Shown here piece after piece: positions 1 through 15,297 of a stretch of 64,000 nucleotides of DNA (the stretch's first letter is position 1; every line of letters starts with the position of its first letter). The notes beneath the pieces were generated by a model that worked only from the letters and a program-made list of their open reading frames with translations, had not been told where the DNA came from and did not search any database. The translations under genes were made by a program, and so were the position numbers. Origin of the DNA: Eledone cirrhosa. Its lineage: Eukaryota. The stretch spans positions 252,216,001-252,280,000 of the forward strand of contig OZ024742.1 in assembly GCA_964016885.1 (NCBI GenBank), in the 5' to 3' direction.

Positions 1-100
1 ATAGCAACATTAAAGTATTGTTCTCAAAATAAATAATATCAAAATCTCATAGTTTCGATACAATAGTAAATATAGAGTAATGTGAATGCTAAAGGGTTAA
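1..100 (-). mobile_element. piggyBac-type MITE, partial (runs off window edge)
   Basis: Ends ...GAATGCTAAAGGG-TTAA; reverse complement matches 1891-2010. Confidence 0.65.
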
Positions 101-390
101 TGTAAAACCATCTAGCCAATTCCAGTATGGAAAATGAAAACAAGAATGAGGATTATTCAGACAGAAAAAGTTTATAAAAGATTGTTAAATTATGAATGAA
201 GTATATTCCTTTTATTGATAATTTAGAGGAAAATGGGTTGTGAATAACCTTGTGGAAGCCTACTTGAAATGACATAAGTTAAGTAGGTTTAGTTGTGGTT
301 GTTAGTATCAGTAATGGAAAGACCAATGGAAACATAGTTTCCTTGGTCCAATTTGATAAGTTCCAGCTCAATTGGTAAGTGAATGGGGCT

Positions 391-464
391 TGGGATTTTG
401 TCAGATCATTTAAAGTGGAATTGAGCCATCTCAATTCCACTTTAAATGATCTGACAAAATCCCA
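391..464. repeat. Perfect 35-bp inverted repeat with 4-nt loop
   Basis: TGGGATTTTGTCAGATCATTTAAAGTGGAATTGAG-ccat-CTCAATTCCACTTTAAATGATCTGACAAAATCCCA. Confidence 0.95.
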
Positions 465-719
465 GGCCCATCATCAGGTTTTGGGTTGAAGCTTTAGGTA
501 AAAATGAAAGAAAGTGAAAGATGGAAATGATATGGGATTAGACTTGGTTACTGAACAACTTAAGGAGAGAAATGAGTCACAGATAGATATTATGGAATAA
601 TAAACCTTGTGGTAACACTAAAATAATAGTTTCCACTTTTTTTTTTTTAACTAATGAGCCAAGATTTGAAGTTTCTCATAACAAAAAGCTTAGTTACTAC
701 AGGTTTTCAAGAGTTAGTT

Positions 720-836
720 GAATTCTAATTGCATTGAGGTTGACTTTGCCTTTCATCCTTATGGGGTCGATAAAATAAAGTACCAGTAATGCACTGGGTA
801 ATTGCTGGCCTTGTGCCAAAAGTAGAAACAATTATT
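720..836 (+). mobile_element. SINE family A, 3' part
   Basis: GACTTTGCCTTTCATCCTTATGGGGTCGATAAAATAAAGTACCAG...GTAGAAACAATTATT, matching full copies at 59671 and 27281. Confidence 0.85.
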
Positions 837-1890
837 TTATAATGAGACTACTAATTTAATTGAGTGAAAACATCAGCTTTTCCTTAAGTAGACAGAAATT
901 GGAGTAACTATTCTCTTAACCTAAGCATATATTTTGATAAACAATACCAAAATATGTAATGGTCATAAACTAGCAATCTTTACTAAATAAAATTGTATCT
1001 GCCTTTGATTCTTCTCTTTTGGCAAAGTTGAAACTTATGAAAACAAATTAAACAGTTATGATGCAAATCTTGCAACTAAAGTTTTCAAACAGTGAATTTT
1101 TATTGTTGCTTTGTTTTTTTTTTGGGGGGGGGGGGGGGAGGGTCTACTTCTAAAAAGGTAAAGTTACTTTGCCAACAGAAAAAAAAAAAAAAAAAAAAAA
1201 AAAAAGACAACTCTGTCTGAAATTGTATTTTCATAAATGGTACAATTGGCTAGATAGCAAGTTTTCCAAAGTTAATTTTTAATATTCAGTTATTTCTTTA
1301 CAAAGTTAGACACTTGGAAATGATTCAAGGGCCTTAATAATCAAAGGGCAATATATATTGTGTGAATGCACAGTGTGTGGTGTTTGTATGTATATATATA
1401 TATATATATAGTGTGAGAGAGAGAGAGAGAAAGTGTGTGTGTGTGTACATGTGTATACTTCCTCTTCCTTATGATTTAATGTTTGTTTTCCCTGCTAGCA
1501 AGGTATATATATATAATTACATCTAAAATTTAGTAGTCAGCAATCTTTACATATGTGTATCACTTTACGCTTATCTGTATAAAACTCAGTTTGATACAGG
1601 TGTTATGATACAGATATCTAATCTTTATCAAGATCTTTGGGGAGAAATATCAGAAACTTTGGTATTAAAAAATCTATCATATAATTTAAATACACAGATA
1701 AACAACTATGAAGAACTTCACACCTCAATAGTTTACTAGTGGATCTGAATGTCACATCCCAACAATGTTTTTTTTTTTTTGCTACAGTGAACATTACACA
1801 TGTCATGATCACCATAGTATTGTTTACATCTAACATGTTTAACATTTTGATTTCATGATTGAAGCATAAAGTTGAAATCATCATCATGGT

Positions 1891-2106
1891 TTAACACTTT
1901 AGCATTTACATTACTCTATATTTACTATTATATTTTTGTGGTAAAGGCTTTATCTCACATAATATCGAATCTATGAGATTTTGATATTATTTATTTTGAG
2001 AACAATACCTTAACATAAGAATGAGCGGCCAGTTACAGCCGGTTTGAACTGAAAGAGGTGAGAGAATTCTGGCTGGATATGGCCAATTTGAATGCTAAAG
2101 GGTTAA
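1891..2106 (+). mobile_element. piggyBac-type MITE
   Basis: TTAA on both sides; termini CACTTTAGCATT...AATGCTAAAGGG (TIR CCCTTTAGCATT, 1 mismatch). Confidence 0.75.
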
Positions 2107-2229
2107 TATCTTTTCCCCTGCTATTGAAGAAATTTACTTTTCTCTTTTTACAGCATTGTGGTGGCTTTTGTAATCATCTATAAAATGATAAGTTTATGAA
2201 AAAAAAATCAGAAAATTTGACTATGACTG

Positions 2230-2455
2230 CATTCCACAAACACGTGTACCCATAATGTAGTTCTGAGGGAGATTCAATGTGACACAGAATGTGACAAGGC
2301 TAACCCTTTGAATTAAAAGTACAACTCATTTTTGCCAGCTGAGCAATGTGAAATAAAGTGTCATGCTCAGAGGGACACAATATGCCACGAGGAATCAAAC
2401 TCACAGCCTTACGGTTGTGAACTGAATACTTTTACCACTAGGCCACATGCCTTCA
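2230..2455 (-). mobile_element. SINE family B (tRNA-derived)
   Basis: Minus strand: GAAGGCATGTGGCCTAGTGG head, GAGTTTGATTCC B-box-like, CAGCTGGCAAAAATGAGTTGTAC body as at 42918. Confidence 0.8.
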
Positions 2456-2734
2456 CATAATTCAGGTATATTAACTATAAAGTAGTTGAATAAGCTGGTG
2501 GTAATTACCCTTGGTGGTAGCGTGTCTGTTTAACCTTTCTCGTCTCCAAGTGTAATATTTTTACTATTTTTTAGTTAATATATCTGAATTATGGCAGAGT
2601 TTCACAACAAAAGCAAATAAATTTTAAACCTCGCTCAATTTCTTTGTAAACATATTGGTTTATTTACTTTTCTAACAAATTGTTAAGGCAGTGGAAGGTT
2701 GGCCAAGTCACTTTAGAGTAATATGATACACGGC

Positions 2735-4917
2735 TGTCTGACATACACAAGATGTGTGGTTCTAACGGTTATCACAGATGTCTGACATACACAAGATGTG
2801 TGGTTCTAACGGCTATCACAGATGTCTGACATACACAAGATGTGTGGTTCTAACGGTTATCACAGATGTCTGACATACACAAGATGTGTGGTTCTAACGG
2901 CTATCACAGATGTCTGACATACACAAGATGTGTGGTTCTAACGGCTATCACAGATGTCTGACATACACAAGATGTGTGGTTCTAACGGCTATCACAGATG
3001 TCTGACATACACAAGATGTGTGGTTCTAACGGCTATCACAGATGTCTGACATACACAAGATGTGTGGTTCTAACGGTTATCACAGATGTCTGACATACAC
3101 AAGATGTGTGGTTCTAACGGCTATCACAGATGTCTGACATACACAAGATGTGTGGTTTTAATGGCTATCACAGATGTCTGACATACACAAGATGTGTGGT
3201 TCTAACGGCTATCACAGATGTCTGACATACACAAGATGTGTGGTTTTAATGGCTATCACAGATGTCTGACATACACAAGATGTGTGGTTTTAATGGCTAT
3301 CACAGATGTCTGACATACACAAGATGTGTGGTTCTAACGGCTATCACAGATGTCTGACATACACAAGATGTGTGGTTCTAACGGCTATCACGGCTGTCTG
3401 ACATACACAAGATGTGTGGTTTTAATGGCTATCACAGATGTCTGACATACACAAGATGTGTGGTTCTAACGGTTATCACAGATGTCTGACATACACAAGA
3501 TGTGTGGTTTTAATGGCTATCACAGATGTCTGACATACACAAGATGTGTGGTTCTAACGGTTATCACAGATGTATGACATACACAAGATGTGTGGTTCTA
3601 ACGGCTATCACAGATGTCTGACATACACAAGATGTGTGGTTCTAACGGCTATCACAGATGTCTGACATACACAAGATGTGTGGTTCTAACGGCTATCACA
3701 GTCGTCTGACATACACAAGATGTGTGGTTCTAACGGCTATCACAGTCGTCTGACATACACAAGATGTGTGGGTCTAACGGCTATCACAGATGTCTGACAT
3801 ACACAAGATGTGTGGGTCTAACGGCTATCACAGATGTCTGACATACACAAGATGTGTGGTTCTAACGGTTATCACAGATGTCTGACATACACAAGATGTG
3901 TGGTTCTAACGGCTATCACAGATGTCTGACATACACAAGATGTGTGGTTTTAATGGCTATCACAGATGTCTGACATACACAAGATGTGTGGTTCTAACGG
4001 TTATCACAGATGTCTGACATACACAAGATGTGTGGTTCTAACGGCTATCACAGACGTCTGACATACACAAGATGTGTGGTTTTAATGGCTATCACAGATG
4101 TCTGACATACACAAGATGTGTGGTTCTAACGGTTATCACAGATGTCTGACATACACAAGATGTGTGGTTCTAACGGCTATCACAGATGTCTGACATACAC
4201 AAGATGTGTGGTTCTAACGGCTATCACAGATGTCTCTACATACACAAGATGTGTGGTTTTAATGGCTATCACAGTCGTCTGACATACACAAGATGTGTGG
4301 TTTTAATGGCTATCACAGATGTCTGACATACACAAGATGTGTGGTTCTAACGGCTATCACAGATGTCTGACATACACAAGATGTGTGGTTTTAATGGCTA
4401 TCACAGTCGTCTGACATACACAAGATGTGTGGTTCTAACGGCTATCACAGATGTCTGACATACACAAGATGTGTGGTTCTAACGGCTATCACAGATGTCT
4501 GACATACACAAGATGTGTGGTTCTAACGGCTATCACAGATGTCTGACATACACAAGATGTGTGGTTCTAACGGCTATCACAGACGTCTGACATACACAAG
4601 ATGTGTGGTTTTAATGGCTATCACAGATGTCTGACATACACAAGATGTGTGGTTCTAACGGTTATCACAGATGTCTGACATACACAAGATGTGTGGTTCT
4701 AACGGCTATCACAGATGTCTGACATACACAAGATGTGTGGTTCTAACGGCTATCACAGATGTCTGACATACACAAGATGTGTGGTTTTAATGGCTATCAC
4801 AGTCGTCTGACATACACAAGATGTGTGGTTTTAATGGCTATCACAGTCGTCTGACACACAAGATGTGTGGTTCTAACGGCTATCACAGATGTCTGACATA
4901 CACAAGGTATGTGGTTC
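2735..4917 (+). repeat. 44-bp minisatellite, ~50 copies
   Basis: Unit TCTGACATACACAAGATGTGTGGTTCTAACGGCTATCACAGATG with variants TTTTAATGG, GGTTATC, AGTCG, AGACG; no unique spacers. Confidence 0.97.
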
Positions 4918-4931
4918 CATTCTGGGTGGCC

Positions 4932-5002
4932 AGGTCACTTTAGTGTAACAGCTTATCACAGTTATCCAACATAGAGATGGTGTGGCTACATTCCTGTGGA
5001 CC
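4932..5002 (+). pseudogene. Degenerate tRNA-Val-like sequence or SINE head
   Basis: GGTCAC...GTGGACC acceptor-like ends; TAGTGTAACAGCTTATCAC D-arm like tRNA-Val TAGTGTAGYGGTTATCAC; loop CC-AAC-AT. Confidence 0.45.
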
Positions 5003-5524
5003 TCTCTGTGCAACCTTTTTGTCTCCAAGAGTAATTTACCAGATTCATTCAATTATATTATAGTTAATATTTGAATTGTGGCAGCCTTTCACAACAAAAA
5101 CCATATAAATTTCACTTATATATCAATAACAATTATTGAGTTGTAATTAGACTGGAGTGAAATTGAAGTCTTGTATATATATGGATGTGATAAAATAAGT
5201 ATTAGAGAGAAAATAGAGTGATCTCACAATAAACTACCAAAGAGATAAAAGATAGATGAAGCCCATAAGTGGTTAAATTTGCCAGAAGTTTCTCATGCTA
5301 TCAATACATTTGAAAAACTTTATATGGCTGTCAAGGACAATATTGCTTTTAGCAAAGTTCCCAAGGAATTAGAAACCACTGGTAAATAACCTAAGAAACC
5401 CTTGTATTTTGTGATGGCATTTTTCAGTCACACATATAGCATATTAACGTTTAAATAGAATTATTTGTTACAATTATGTGTGTGTATGTGTGTACACACA
5501 CATATACATACATGCATAAACACA

Positions 5525-5810
5525 TGGAGGCCATCTGTGTTTCAAATGATGGGTGCTCTGGTTGATTCAATCAACAGAATTGCCTACTCATAAAATTAGC
5601 ATGCATGTGGTTGAGCATCCCACAGACACGTGAACCCTTAGTGTAGTTTTCTGGTAGATTCAGAGTGGCACTCATTTTTATCAGATGAGTGAACTGGGGC
5701 AACATGAAATAAAATGTCTTGCTGAAGGATAACATGCCCCCTGGTACAGGAATTGAAATCATGACCTTACTTTCATGAGCCAAACACTAACCACTAAGCC
5801 ATGCACCTTC
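5525..5810 (-). mobile_element. SINE family B
   Basis: Minus strand head GAAGGTGCATGGCTTAGTGGTTAG; CCTTCAGCAAGACATTTTATTTC core. Confidence 0.8.
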
Positions 5811-6759
5811 CATCCCAAGCATTTATCAGTTAATATAGAAATTATAGTGTGAAAGAAAACTGCAATCATTAAACTAAGTGACTGACACTTCATTTAGCCA
5901 TATGGCTGATAATAACAAGTAGGTTGCAATAAAATGTACAGTTATACAATTCCAACAACCAACTTTTCAGGGCACATATAATAATTTAAACTATTAAAAA
6001 GAAAAAAATATATTAATTAACGATTTGTTATTTTTATGGGAGAAACTAATCTTCAGATAAACATAACTGGAAAGCAAAACGAAAATATAATTGAAAAGCA
6101 AAACTTTTTTTTTATTCAAATATATGGGCTGTATTTTATTGCGTGTAGTAATGTAGAAAAAGACTAGACATTAAGGGGAAAACAGGTGTTTAAAGAAAAT
6201 TAGATGACAGCCAATGGGTAATAAACGATGAGTTAAAACATAAATTTACCATTTAGTATAGAGGAGAGAAAGATCGCATTGTCTAGGAAAAAGAAAAAAA
6301 TAACAGCTTTTATTTTAGTTTTTTATATTTATTCTATTTATCCTAACTATAATTTGTTGGTTTGTTCTATTTTTAGGATATTGTTCAGAGGAGAGGAAAT
6401 GAAATTAAAGTCAAGCTGATAAGAGACAAGAGAGATAGGAAGGAAGAAGAGATAGAGGTTTAAAACAGTTTACCCACTCCTCAAGGTACTTTACAGCAAT
6501 TGCAAATGTGCACCTGCTCTATACATTGGCTGAACAACATTTTACTCAGCAATCATTAAATTAACATTATAGATTAAAAATATCATCCGAGATTTTTACC
6601 TACATAACATGAATAGCCAATGCAATTTTATACCAAGATAATTCAAAATAAAACTTAACAGATTAAGATAAAATTCTACAAGAGCTAAAATAGAATTATC
6701 TGGAGTTGAAATATAAGTTTGAAAGCAGAAGAGGAACAGAATCCTCATACAGCTTAAAT

Positions 6760-6905
6760 CAGGTATGGGCAACCTTTATCGAGCAGTGGGCTGCATAGGA
6801 TATGGCTCATCATAAGGCAGGTCACACTACTAAAAAATTCAAGGTAGCTTTGAAATTAGGGATACCATTCAGGAAATCATATAGGCTGCTGGTTGTCCAC
6901 AACTG
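6760..6905 (+). mobile_element. hAT (Buster/Charlie-type) MITE
   Basis: Termini CAGGTATGGGCAACC...GGTTGTCCACAACTG; 8-bp TSD GCTTAAAT/GTTTAAAT; homologous to 56618-56909. Confidence 0.75.
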
Positions 6906-7119
6906 GTTTAAATGCATAAATCTCCGATATTCAAGTGTATTCAAGTGGCTAAAACATATCAGCAGAAATGCACCCAGAAGCCATGACAGAAGCCAGCTCC
7001 TTTAGAGTGTAAGAAATTAAAGGCGAAACACTTGCATGATTGGGACTTTTTCTCTTAAGACCTTCTGCTGTCCAGCTCTTCTGAGAGTTTTTTTAATACT
7101 TAATACAAGGCAGGGACAG

Positions 7120-7270
7120 CCGGCAAATTGGCGGAGTCATTAGAACATCAGACACAATGCTTTGAGGAATTTGTTCCAGCTCTCTGCACCCTGAGTTCAA
7201 ATCCTGCTGAGGTTAACTTTACTTTTTAACCTTTAGATGATGATAAAAAAAAAATATCAGACCAGTACTG
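7120..7270 (+). mobile_element. SINE family A, diverged
   Basis: TTGGCGGAGTCATTAG A-box-like; CTGAGTTCAAATCC B box; GAGGTTAACTTT. Confidence 0.7.
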
Positions 7271-7534
7271 TAGTAATTTCTCTCTTTCTTTCTCTAAGAA
7301 AACAGCTGCTTTCATACAGTGAAAGGGGATGGGCTCCACCAGGTGTAAAACTCACTATAGAACCTCTATGGCTCCACCAGGAATTACTGGTCCATACATA
7401 CATATAATGATATCTAGGACCACAAGATGGACTAAACCTTATATGAGAGAGTTGATTGTGAACTTGTGTACATTAGGAAATATTGTTAGTTGGTGAAAAG
7501 TTGTAGAGGACATATTTTATTACAAGCCATCATC

Positions 7535-8060
7535 TTTAAAGTACACGTAAGACTTAGGCCCCGTGCTATCTGCCCACAACAAAAACCAAACTCGCATTTC
7601 ATAACAACACAATTATGTCACCTCAACTAATCCAACTCACTTTAACAGTACACCAAAACACATTAAAACAGAAACAGTCCCCATGAAATAAATAAAGTTT
7701 TTGGACAAATTACTCCAAGATATCCCAGATAAACATCCTACACCCAGATATGTCTCTGTAGTCAATAATTCTCTACACTAGTGTGCTATATTGTACACAT
7801 TTGGATTTGAAAGACTTCGCCAGGTGGTGTTGTTGCCATGCTTTGATGCTTAGAATTACGGCCCTTGCCATTCTGAGTTCAAATCCCACCGAAGTTAACT
7901 TTGCCTTTCATCCTTACGGGATCGATAAAATAAAGTTGGTACATATATATATATACATAATGCATTGCGTAATTGCTGGCCTTGTGCCAAAAGTAGAAAC
8001 AATTATTAAGTTAGACATAGCCCGGGCCAATACAAGCCGAAACCCATCAAAGTTCAAAGT
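7535..8060 (+). mobile_element. CR1-type LINE 3' end, interrupted by a SINE
   Basis: Decayed homologue of 16728-17272 (LDK.LQDIPDK.PTP.YVS); 3'UTR GAAAGACTTCGCCAGGTGGTG and TATTAAGTTAGACATAGCC split by SINE A. Confidence 0.8.
7836..8008 (+). mobile_element. SINE family A, 5'-truncated
   Basis: CTGAGTTCAAATCCCACCGAAGTTAACTTTGCCTTTCATCCTTACGGGATCGATAAAAT...GTAGAAACAATTATTA. Confidence 0.85.
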
Positions 8061-8079
8061 CACACACACACATTATATA

Positions 8080-8245
8080 TCATCATCATCATTGTTTAAC
8101 GTCCATCTTCCACGCTTGCATGGGTTTGGACGGGAATTTTCCAACTTGAGGCAGGATTGGTTGTCTTGCTCGCATAGGACTGTCTGGCGGGTTTTCTACA
8201 GCTGGATGCCCTTCCTAACACCAACCACGTTTACGGTATGGACTG
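8080..8245 (-). mobile_element. RTE LINE 3'UTR fragment with (TGA)n tail
   Basis: Homologous to 14753-14920: TTTAACGTCC...CTTGCATGGGTTTGGACGG...GGATGCCCTTCCTAACACCAACC. Confidence 0.75.
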
Positions 8246-8394
8246 CCCAGCCGTAGCTGGCACTACCAACGCTTGATTGGGTCTACTCCACCCCCTCCCC
8301 TCTTTCTCCTACTGGCAGGTTTAGCCACCATCTCCCCTACTAATTTGCAACCACAGAATTACTACTGATTTTTGACAATCACTTTGACCATATA

Positions 8395-8507
8395 TGGAAT
8401 TACCCCTTGAGAAGATCGGCTATTTAAATACCAGGATAAATTTTCATTTAGTCCAGAATTAGCCGTCGAAACGGCTTGAGCTCAGCTGTCGGGGTCTTAC
8501 TGGTTCC
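8395..8507 (+). ncRNA. Type I hammerhead ribozyme (U3-A8 core variant)
   Basis: Stem I ACCCC/GGGGT, core TTGAGAA, stem II GATCGGCTA/TAGCCGTC, GAAA, stem III ACGGCT/AGCTGT, GTC cleavage triplet ending at 8490. Confidence 0.75.
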
Positions 8508-8586
8508 TATTACCCACTCTACTACCTCAAGTATTGAGTACTTTGGTGCGTTATGGTCCACCTGGTTCCTTACCACATTTCCTTCG

Positions 8587-8621
<35 letters not shown>

Positions 8622-8676
8622 CATACACATATATAGCATATGTATATATATATATATATATACACACATATATATA

Positions 8677-8921
8677 TGAAGAAATTCCAAACTTGGAAGC
8701 AGGGACTAGAAAGAAAGGGTCTCAAAGTCAACATGACAAAGACTAAGGTCCTTGTAAGTAGACGAGAAAACAGAACCCAGATCCCCTCAGGGAAATGGCC
8801 TTGCTCAGTATGTAAGAAAGGTGTAGGTAGGAACTCCATTCTCTGCCCCAAATGCAAACAATGGGTACACAAGAGATGTAGCGGGATCTCAGGAAGCTTA
8901 ATTAAGAATGTAGGCTTCACA
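8677..8921 (+). mobile_element. RTE-clade LINE internal fragment (RT C-terminal part plus Cys/His insert)
   Basis: [25 protein letters not shown]...[32 protein letters not shown]. Confidence 0.8.
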
Positions 8922-13300
<4,379 letters not shown>

Positions 13301-13383
13301 AGTTTTAATATAGATGAGATTCTACAGGACTAGAACTGTTTCAAACAGTTCTAGTCCTGTAGAATCTCATCTATATTAAAACT
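13301..13383. repeat. Perfect 41-bp-arm palindrome with 1-nt centre
   Basis: AGTTTTAATATAGATGAGATTCTACAGGACTAGAACTGTTT-c-AAACAGTTCTAGTCCTGTAGAATCTCATCTATATTAAAACT. Confidence 0.95.
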
Positions 13384-13450
13384 GTTATACTCTGCTATGT
13401 ATTGAGTACCTTACTTACTGTGGTTACCTCCGATTCAATCCGGAATAACG

Positions 13451-13539
13451 TATATACACATATATATATATATACATATATATATATACATATACACATA
13501 TATATACATACACATATATATACATACACATATATATAC

Positions 13540-13570
<31 letters not shown>

Positions 13571-14113
13571 CACATCTATATACATATACACATATATATA
13601 CATACACATATATATACATACACATATATATACATATATATATATATACATATATACATATATATATACACATATATATACACATATATATACACATATA
13701 TATATATACATATATATACACATATATATATATATACATATATATACACATATATATATATATACATATATATACACATATATATATATACATATATATA
13801 CACATATATATATATACATATATATACACATATATATATATACATATATATACACATATATATATATACATATATATACACATATATATATATACATATA
13901 TATACACATATATATATATACATATATATACACATATATATATATACATATATATACACATATATATATATACATATATATACACATATATATATATACA
14001 TATATATACACATATATATATATACATATATATACATATATATATATACATATATATACACATATATATATATACATATATATATATACATATATATACA
14101 TATATATATATAC

Positions 14114-14146
<33 letters not shown>

Positions 14147-14147
14147 C

Positions 14148-14232
<85 letters not shown>

Positions 14233-14441
14233 CACATATATATATATATATACACATATATATATATACACATATATATATATATATACACATATATATA
14301 TATATATAAACATATATATATATATATAAACATATATATATATATATAAACATATATATATATATATAAACATATATATATATATATATAAACATATATA
14401 TATATATATATAAACATATATACATATATATATATACACAC

Positions 14442-14472
<31 letters not shown>

Positions 14473-14752
14473 TATATATATAAACATATATATATAAACA
14501 TATATATATATATATAAACATATATATATAAACATATATATATATACATATATATATATATACACATATATATATACACACACATATATATATATACACA
14601 CATATATATACACACACATATATATACACACACACATATATACACACACACAATATATATATACACACACACATATATACACACACATATATATATATAC
14701 ACATATATATATACACACATATATATATATACACATATATACACACACATAT
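13451..14752. repeat. Compound (TA)n/(CA)n microsatellite
   Basis: Seen directly. Confidence 0.98.
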
Positions 14753-15297
14753 ATCATCATCATCATCATCATCAACGTTTAACGTCCGTGTTCCACGCTT
14801 GCATGGGTTTGGACGGGGGTAGTCCCACTTGAGGCAAGAGTGATTGTCTTGCTCGCATAGGACTGTCTGGCAGGTTTTCTACAGTTGGATGCCCTTCCTA
14901 ACACCAACCACATTTACAGTGTGGGTCTGGGAGGTTTTTACCGTGTTGCCTACACGGCCACATTACAGCGTGGACTGTGTGTTTTTTTGTCGTGACACCT
15001 ACACGATCTCATTTGTTTCGGCCCGGATGGCGCGGCACCAACATAACTTTACATAGGACGGGGTGGTGTGGATGGGGTGGGGGTGGTGGTGGTGGGACGG
15101 GGTGTATTTTGTTAGAGATGCCTACTGGCAAGGCGGGTCTTCTCTGTTACTGAGTACCGCCAAAGGTCTCGGTCCAGTGACATTGTCTTGGAGAGGTGTA
15201 AGTGTGTGAGGTCGGAGTTTATCAGCTCGTCCCAGGTTTTTCTAGGTCTGCCTATTCCGTGGCTACCGTCTATCGTTATTGCCCTGCACTTTGTTAT
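14753..15297 (-). mobile_element. RTE LINE 3' end (ORF C-terminus, 3'UTR, (TGA)n tail)
   Basis: [32 protein letters not shown], stop at 15112; (CAT)n on + strand at 14753-14773. Confidence 0.85.

Noticed and set aside
2735-4917. CRISPR array
   Set aside because: Contiguous units with no unique spacers, no cas genes, eukaryotic context
2706-5002. Functional tRNA-Val genes
   Set aside because: Anticodon and T stems are imperfect and the first copy is interrupted by 2.2 kb
6377-6485. Possible host exon (TTTTTAG...AG|GTAC; DIVQRRGNEIKVKLIRDKRDRKEEEIEV-stop)
   Set aside because: No recognisable homology or partner exons; such signals are common by chance
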